Source: Octopus sinensis (Eukaryota). From it: DNA of 29,526 nt. The notes under the pieces are model-generated. The model was not told the DNA's origin and did not search any database. It saw nothing but the letters and a program-made list of their open reading frames with translations. The translations under genes and the position numbers were made by a program. The DNA lies in assembly GCF_006345805.1 (NCBI RefSeq), contig NW_021832943.1, positions 1 through 29,526 on the forward strand, given 5' to 3'. This document shows positions 21,914 to 29,526 of this stretch, piece after piece (the stretch's first letter is position 1; the number at the start of each line of letters is the position of its first letter).

Positions 21914-22125
21914 GGTGGTGAGCTGGCAGAATCGTTAAGATGCTGGACGAGATGCTTGGCGGTATTCCGCCTGTTGCTACGTTCTGAGTTCAAATTCTGT
22001 CAAGGTCGACTTTGCCTTTCATCCTTTCAAGGTCGGTAATTTAAGTACCAGTGAACTACTGGGGTCACTATAATCGACTAGTACCCTCCCAACAAATTTC
22101 AGGTCTTGCATCTATAGCAAAAAGG
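21914..22125 (+). mobile_element. SINE family A
   Basis: Full head, B box, core and aaatttcaggtcttg tail. Confidence 0.9.
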
Positions 22126-22199
22126 GGTTATGACTAAACAAGGTGTTATAACTATCATTAACACACCTGTTACATCCACAAGTTTTGCTTTTCATTATG

Positions 22200-22352
22200 T
22201 CTTTGCTGACTTTCTCTTTATTTATTTCTTTTGAAGAGCGTAGGTTCGAAACGTAAAAGTGTTTCTCACTTTCCCGAGCGTCAAATTAATACACCTGCTT
22301 GTTGTTCATACTCCTGTCTTCGTCTTTAAGTTTTCCCGTAAATTTCAACTAT
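22200..22352 (+). mobile_element. Short Penelope-type element with hammerhead remnant (C3 deleted) at 22228-22259
   Basis: CUUU-UGAAGA-GCGUAGGUUC-GAA-ACGU-A-AAAG; downstream ttcccgagcgtcaa and terminal caactatat shared with 5794-5990. Confidence 0.58.
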
Positions 22353-22443
22353 ATGTATGTGTGTATGTATGTATGTATGTATGTATGTATGTATGTATGT
22401 ATGTATGTGTATGTATGTATGTATGTATGTATGTATATATATA

Positions 22444-22476
<33 letters not shown>

Positions 22477-22607
22477 CACTTTGGGTTTGGTAGATGAGTT
22501 CAGCAAAAATTTTAATTCATATGAATACGGTACCTAAGTTGAGGCACCAGAATTTAGTACGGTATTATCCATACAATTTCAGAGTAAGGAGATTAAAATC
22601 AAAATAA

Positions 22608-22809
22608 GCAACAAGGGTATCCAGAGGTAATGCTGTACGATCGTTTCGTTTCATTTCATGCAACTCCATTTATCTAATTTAATAAAATTCTATGTGTTTG
22701 TGCAGCTGAGGATTGCTCTGCGCATTTTGAATTGATGAAATATCCATTGTTCAATTAGATGGAGTTACATGGACGATCGTACTGCATTACCTCTGGATAT
22801 CCCCGTTGC
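22608..22809. repeat. Inverted repeat (MITE-like), 60-75 bp arms
   Basis: tatccagaggtaatgc-t-gtacgatcgt pairs with acgatcgtac-t-gcattacctctggata; arms 22608-22682 and 22750-22809. Confidence 0.88.
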
Positions 22810-22815
22810 TATTAT

Positions 22816-22816
<1 letters not shown>

Positions 22817-22864
<48 letters not shown>

Positions 22865-22925
22865 GTAAATGTTTATTATATGCATCGAAATGTATCTCTT
22901 TTTATCTCCCTATCTGTCTATCTCC

Positions 22926-22989
<64 letters not shown>

Positions 22990-23770
22990 ACATACATCCA
23001 TACATATATATATATATATTATATATATATGTATATATGAAAATGCATATATGTACATGTGTATGGGTGTAAGAGTATGTTTGTATATATGTTTATGAGT
23101 ATTTGTGTGTGTGTGTGTGTGTGTGTGCGTGCGACTATGTGTCCATTTGTGCGTATGTATGTGTTTGTTGGTTTTTCTCGGGTTGTGTATCTATTTAAAG
23201 GCAGAAGTAAACTCTACACATATGCTTTGATGATTAATACCCGAATACACTGACACACATTTAGGAATACGGTCACACACGCATACGTAAGTAAATAGAC
23301 ACACACACATACATGCACATACGCATACACACGCATACACTTACACACATGTATAACCGCATACACTCAGGCACGCGTAACAGTTACATAAATACATATA
23401 ACATAGAACTTGGTGGAATGAGAAGAAAAGAGCGTTTGATGTTATGAAGCAGACACACACACAAACACACACACACACACATACACACACATACACACAC
23501 ACATACACACACACATACACACACACATACACACACATACACACACCATACATACACATACACACACAGACACACACACATATACACACACACATACACA
23601 CAAACACACACACACACGCACACACACACACACACACACCAGACGGGCTGTTATTTATGTCTGCGTATGTGTTTGTGTGTTTGTTTGTGGTCTGTATTTG
23701 TTGTATGTATATATAAATACACTCACATATACACATATATGTATGTAAATACATACATACACACACATAT
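22817..23770. repeat. Compound (TA)/(ATCT)/(TG)/(CA)/(CATA) microsatellite region
   Basis: Seen directly. Confidence 0.9.
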
Positions 23771-23863
23771 AATTTTAAGATTCAATAGTCGTAGAACCAA
23801 AAAGAAAAGTATACCATCCGGTTAGAGATAAATATCAATTTAAATACACAACCGAAACAGGTA

Positions 23864-24009
23864 CTAATAGTAATTCAAGCGTTTATGATACCTGAACAGG
23901 TATATTTATAAAATACATCATGTATTTTAAAGCAATCTTTCAGGCTCTGTACATGGTATTTTTTTATAAATATGCCTGTTCAAGTATCATAAAAGCATGA
24001 AACTATTAG
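23864..24009. repeat. Inverted repeat, about 60-bp arms, 25-nt loop
   Basis: tttatgatacctgaacaggtatatttataaaa pairs with ttttataaatatgcctgttcaagtatcataaa; outer ctaatag/ctattag. Confidence 0.9.
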
Positions 24010-24034
24010 TTGCTCTTTCAGCTGTGTATCTAAA

Positions 24035-24067
<33 letters not shown>

Positions 24068-24107
24068 GTCTCTGTCTGTCTGTCTCTCTCTTTATCTATC
24101 TATCTGT

Positions 24108-24153
<46 letters not shown>

Positions 24154-24170
24154 GTCTGCTATCTGTCTAT

Positions 24171-24256
<86 letters not shown>

Positions 24257-24337
24257 GTCTATCCATCTATCTATCTGTCTGTCTGCCTGTCTGTGTCTCT
24301 GTCTGCCTGTATGTCTGTCTGTCTGTCTCTCTCTCCA

Positions 24338-24406
<69 letters not shown>

Positions 24407-24520
24407 TTATCTGTCTGTCTGTCGAACTGTCTATATATCAATCTATCTATCTTTCTCTCACATATGTGTATATATATATGCGTAGATATATGTGTGTGTT
24501 TGTGTGTGTGTGTGTGTCTG
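24035..24520. repeat. (TCTG)/(TCTA)n and (TG)n
   Basis: Seen directly. Confidence 0.95.
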
Positions 24521-24599
24521 TCTTTATTGAATTATATAATATTGATGCACACCAAATATATATATAAACAAGGAATCAAACGTCCCTCTCAAGCCGTAA

Positions 24600-24780
24600 G
24601 ATCAAAAGACCGGTTTCCCCGGATTCTGTGGCGTATATATTCCATGATCCCTTATCTTTGCCAGCTGAACGGAATGGGGTAACACGAAGCGTTTTGCTCG
24701 AGAACACCGAACGTAGCTCCGTCTAGAAACCGAAACCGCAATCCCACGATCATGAGTGCATCGTGAGCCACTAAGTACCA
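24600..24780 (-). mobile_element. Degenerate SINE family C
   Basis: Minus strand cacgatgcactcatgatcgtggg...tgttctcgagcaaaac...gttcagctg parallels 26213-26340. Confidence 0.55.
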
Positions 24781-25171
24781 AGACTCCATAATCTGCTGTT
24801 CAGCTGCCTTGAGACTTTCTTACTCCTGTACCCCATCACATACATATGCATATATACAAATATGCATATAATGTGAGAGAGAGTGAGAAAAAAAAGGAGA
24901 GAATGATTTCAAAATAAATCTTAATTACTTTGCGTTATGTAATCTCTAACTCTCTCAAAAATTAATTTACAGTCACTTTAGACTTGTGGGACTAAGTTAC
25001 TTTGGGTATATGAAATTCATCTCTTTTGATAACTACGTATGCAGTCATATGAACATTTATACATACGTACATATGTTCAAACATACAAACGCACACGTTG
25101 AGATATAAATTATCTGTGTGTGTGTGCGTGCGCTCATATATACATATACATATACATATACAAATACATAT

Positions 25172-25231
<60 letters not shown>

Positions 25232-26100
25232 CAGGGGCTGGACAAAATAATGGAAACACCTAGCATCATAGCAGCATAATTTTGAAATATCTAGGAAACC
25301 GTCAGAAGCGTGTTTATTTTTATGTTTTTTTTAAAATTTATCAATAGTGTTGCTTAATATGTTTTGCTAAAGTTGCTGTTTCTTTTCAGATATCAACAGA
25401 AAAAGGTAATAAAAATTCATTAAAATTACAGATCTATTGGACTTTCAAAGAGGTCAAATTGTTGGTGCTCGTATGGCAGGCGTTAGCGTAACGAAAACAG
25501 CTGAAATGTTTGGTGTATCAAGAAGTACTGTCTCGAAAGTACTGACAGCCTTTGAGAAAGAGAGAAAAACCTCCTTGTCGAAACAAAACTCCGGAAGAAA
25601 ACCAAAACTTTCAGATAAGGACCGTCGGACTCTTACGCAAATTGTTCGGAAGGATCACAAAAGTACATCTCCCAAAATTACTGCAGAGCTTAATGACCAC
25701 CTCAAGAACCTAGTTTCCACAAAAACTGTTCGCCGGGAGCTGCACAAAGCCGGATTTCAAGGGAGGGCTGCAATCAGAAAACCACTAGTTTCAAAAAAAA
25801 ACGTTGCAAACTGTTTCGAGTGGAGTAAAAACCTACAGAATCGGAGTAGTGGAAGAATGTTATTTTCTCGGCCGAGTCATCCTTTATCTTATTTCCGACC
25901 ACCGGCCGAATACACGTGTAGAGACAGCCAAGAGAAGCAATTGACCCAGACTGCCTTCTTCCAACTGTTAGATATGGTGGAGGATCTGTAATGATCTGTG
26001 CTGTGGGAGAGCTATGTCTTGGAAACCCTCCTGCCCAATGGTTTCCCTTCATGGCAGAATTAATAGTCAAGATTATTTAAGCATTTTATCTGATCAAATT
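25232..26100 (+). mobile_element. Tc1-family DNA transposon, 3'-truncated, inserted at TA
   Basis: TA|CAGGGGCTGGACAAAATAATGGAAACACC left TIR; transposase remnant follows; no right TIR seen. Confidence 0.92.
25425..26100 (+). pseudogene. Tc1 transposase pseudogene
   Basis: DFQRGQIVGARMAGVSVTKTAEMFGVSRSTVS (HTH), GRKPKLS linker, RKPL; frameshift near 25837, then WKNVIFSAES, stop, VRYGGGSVMI, LHGRINSQDYLSILSDQI. Confidence 0.92.
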
Positions 26101-26212
26101 CTGCTGCAGTGTTGTGTCATTAATGATATCTAACATGTGGAGTGTTATTCTAGTGGTATTAGAGTTCAGTATTTGTGTCTTGTGGTGTAGTTGAGGATTA
26201 CTGAAATAAGAA

Positions 26213-26500
26213 GAGTTATAGCTCAGTGGCTAGAGCGTCGCATTCACAATCATGAGGCAATGCGTTCGGTTCCTGGACCGGGCTGTGTTCAATTCTTGAG
26301 CAAGACCCTTTATTTCACATTGCTCCAGTTCACTCAGCTGTAGAAATGAGTTGCGACGTCACTGGTGTCAAGCTGTATCGGCCCCTTTGCCTTTCCCTTG
26401 GATAACATCGGTGACTTGGAGAGAGGAGGCTGGTATGCATGGGTGACTTCTGGTCTTCCATAAACAACCTTACTCGGACTTGTACCTCGGAGAGTAACAC
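26213..26500 (+). mobile_element. tRNA-derived SINE family C
   Basis: A box tagctcagtggctagagc, B box gttcggttcc, then ttcttgagcaagac...cactcagctg; fragment of the same family at about 4812-4862. Confidence 0.82.
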
Positions 26501-26799
26501 CCTATTCTAGTAGTATTATTAGGCAATACTGATGTAGTGTGGTGTAATTATTGATAACAAAAATATGGAGTGTTATTCTAGTGGTATTAGTAGAAGACAT
26601 TACTGGTGCAATGTGGTTTAGCTAAGAGATAGGTAGGCTGTGTAACTTGCAAACGAGGCTTGCTGCCAAATTTTTCTTGGAGTCTACTTAACAACTCACA
26701 ACCCTGTTTTCACGCAGCCATTCAGCTTGTTTAGAATTATCTTTTATTACTGACGCATGTTTTGTTTAACATAAACACAGAAAACTCACGCACGCCCCC

Positions 26800-27211
26800 C
26801 CACCTCCCCGCCACAAATACATACACCAACACTTGCATGCACACATACACACATAGACACATTCAGTTACACGCATATTTATATATGTGGTGTGTGTGTG
26901 TGTGTGTGTGTGGTGGGTGTCTGTGCGTGTCTGTGTACCAATTTATGTATATAAACAGATAGAAATATACAGAGTTGTATATATATAAATGCACTATATA
27001 AGTATATTCACACACGCGCGCACACACACGCGCGCACACACAGCGCACACACACGCACACACACACGCGCACACACACACACATAGGTATGTTGTGTTTG
27101 TATATACATATACAGTGCATTTACATATGTATACTTATGTGTGTGCGCATATGTATGTATATATACGTATGCATATCTATAGTTATATATATATGTATAT
27201 ATATGTATGTT

Positions 27212-27244
<33 letters not shown>

Positions 27245-27576
27245 ATGTACGTATTTATATTTATATGTATAAAAGTGTATGTATATATATTTAAAAATGT
27301 ACGTATATGTTTATATGTATATATAAATTATGCATATCTATATATATATATAATGATATACGTGAATATGCGTAAATAAAGCATACATAAATAACAGATG
27401 CTTATAAACAGTATACACACGCGCGTACACACACACGTATGCGCGCACACACAGAAATTTCTCAAAGACTGCTTATACTCTGATACACATTTAATGCATA
27501 TATACAGACATAGCGCCCATTATTAACACCACCACTAACACCAACAACAACAACAGGAACTACACAGACACACACG

Positions 27577-27645
<69 letters not shown>
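26800..27645. repeat. Compound (CA)/(TG)/(TA) microsatellite region
   Basis: Seen directly. Confidence 0.92.
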
Positions 27646-27648
<3 letters not shown>

Positions 27649-27907
27649 ATTCTAGCCTCTAGTTCAGATGAAAAAGCTTCCACCAAAAGTCAGAATTTCA
27701 CATCAGCAATTATAATCCAAAATCTTCTGCGAACGTCGCTTCGCATTCTTCACATTTATGCTTGGAGATTTTGGTAAATTGTTCGCTTCTCAGTCTCTCG
27801 TGTAATTATACTCTCTTGTTGGCAACTGTTATAGTGTCTGACCTTTGACCCGTTAACAAATTACATCATCTTTTGAAGAACCTTCAAAGAGCAATCCTTT
27901 TCTGCAG

Positions 27908-27975
27908 TGCTCCAACCCATGCTGGCCAACGCTAACGCCATCACCAACGGCAAGACCAAACGCATGCGTCTGTGA
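27908..27975 (+). CDS. Candidate last coding exon (VLQPMLANANAITNGKTKRMRL-stop)
   Basis: Acceptor tccttttctgcag; 17 of 21 codons end in G/C in an AT-rich window; TGA at 27973-27975. Confidence 0.42.
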
Positions 27976-28111
27976 AGATGTGAAGAGGAAATTTATCCCA
28001 ATTTCTTCCTCTTCTAAATTGTACGTGTATTTGTGTGTGTGTGTGTGTGTGTGTTGTCTTCATGCTTGTGTGCTTGACTGTATGTACGCTTGTATGATTT
28101 TGGTGCATGTG

Positions 28112-28177
28112 TATAAATATATATGCACATGATTGCATTATATGGAAGTAATATATATATATTTATATATATATGTC

Positions 28178-28224
<47 letters not shown>

Positions 28225-28322
28225 GTGTGTGTGTGCATATAAATGCACACACACAGAAGTATATATATAAATATATATATATTACTTCCATATAATGCAT
28301 ATCATGTGCATATATATGTATA
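28112..28322. repeat. Inverted duplication inside TA-rich DNA with nested 13-bp hairpin
   Basis: atgcacatgattgcattatatggaagtaat versus attacttccatataatgcatatcatgtgcat; inner tgtgtgtgtgcat/atgcacacacaca. Confidence 0.85.
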
Positions 28323-29099
28323 TATACTTATATACATATATTTATATATATATCCAAATGCTTATATATGCACATAAATGAACTATATATGTATATACGT
28401 ATATAAATATATGTGTGTATATATTTCTATAAGCTCATATATGTGTATACACATACACATATTTGTGCATATACGCGTGTATATACACATATATATATAT
28501 TCATGTAGCTGTTTATATTTCTATATATATGTGTGTATATATATATTTATATTCATACATGTGTATATATATATGTATATTTATATATGCATAGAAACAT
28601 ACACACATGTATTACATATAAATACATATATATGCATATACAATATATATATATACAGACGTGCATATATATACATTATATGTATATACACTATGCACAC
28701 ACACGCACATACGTGCATATATATATGTATATGTATATATATGCATAGAAACATATATACATATATTATATATAGATACATATATATATATATACTATAT
28801 AGTTATACACATACACACACACACATACATTCACGCATGCGCATGTTATACGTCTGTGTACGTGTTTTTCCACGAGTTCATCTTAGTAAAAATGCTTTTG
28901 ACATTAGTCTCAACATTAACATCCATATACGTTTAGTCTTTTCTCCAGCATATTTGTTTTTCAAATACTAGTAACATATCGATAATCGATACGTTCAAAT
29001 ATACCCTCTTTATAAATTTGTGACCATGGGAAACATTATTATCGAACAGCTGTTACCGCCAGTTAGATGGATTCGTCTAACAGCCGAGTCCAACGTCTA

Positions 29100-29333
29100 T
29101 ATCTATTTCTTTACTACCCACAAGGGGCTAAACACAGAGAGGACAAACAAGGACAGACAAACGGATTAAGTCGATTATATCGACCCCAGTGCGTAACTGG
29201 TACTTAATTTATCGACTCCGAAAGGATGAAAGGCAAAGTCGACCTCGGCGGGATTTGAACTCAGAACGTAGCGGCAGACGAAATACCGCTATGCATTTTG
29301 CCCGGCGTGCTAACGTTTCTGCCAGCTCGCCGC
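29100..29333 (-). mobile_element. Well-preserved SINE family A with a third tail type
   Basis: Reverse complement of head and core; tail ttaatccgtttgtctgtccttgtttgtcctctctgtgtttagccccttgtggg. Confidence 0.92.
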
Positions 29334-29526
29334 ATTTATACGGTCCTACAGTACTAGATTGAAACGATTGAGGGTAGACACCTTCCACTACGATGAAACC
29401 CTCATAGAGTTTTTATTTATATTTATTTATTCTTTTGAAGGTCCTTTTGAAAATGTATGTGACTTTGGGAAAGGAAAATGATCCCGTCCGGTAAATCTGT
29501 CAAAAGGTAGAGACACAGTTGTGAAA

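Noticed and set aside
26213-26290. tRNA gene
   Set aside because: A and B boxes are present, but there is no acceptor stem and the sequence continues into a SINE body.

Overview
Eukaryotic, AT-rich, microsatellite-saturated DNA. The repeat families look like octopus (coleoid cephalopod) repeats; that is inferred from recalled motifs, not from a search. Nearly all ORFs in the supplied track are microsatellite translations. Identifiable content: about 12 copies of one tRNA-derived SINE family (two head-to-tail trains), two other SINE families, two 5'-truncated R4/Dong-type (RLE) LINEs sitting in microsatellites, a truncated Tc1 transposon, short Penelope-type fragments and four long inverted repeats. 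Several plus-strand exon candidates suggest an unidentified host gene. Main result: an eroded tandem array of about 320-335 nt units (16175-16860, third copy near 18089-18385), each carrying a minus-strand type I hammerhead ribozyme, which is the architecture of a non-LTR retrozyme. The two best copies are broken at different positions, so their consensus is a canonical hammerhead, and a hybrid fold across the two repeats would be intact. Four more minimal hammerhead motifs with palindromic stem III occur elsewhere. All alignments and folds were done by eye; repeat boundaries are approximate.
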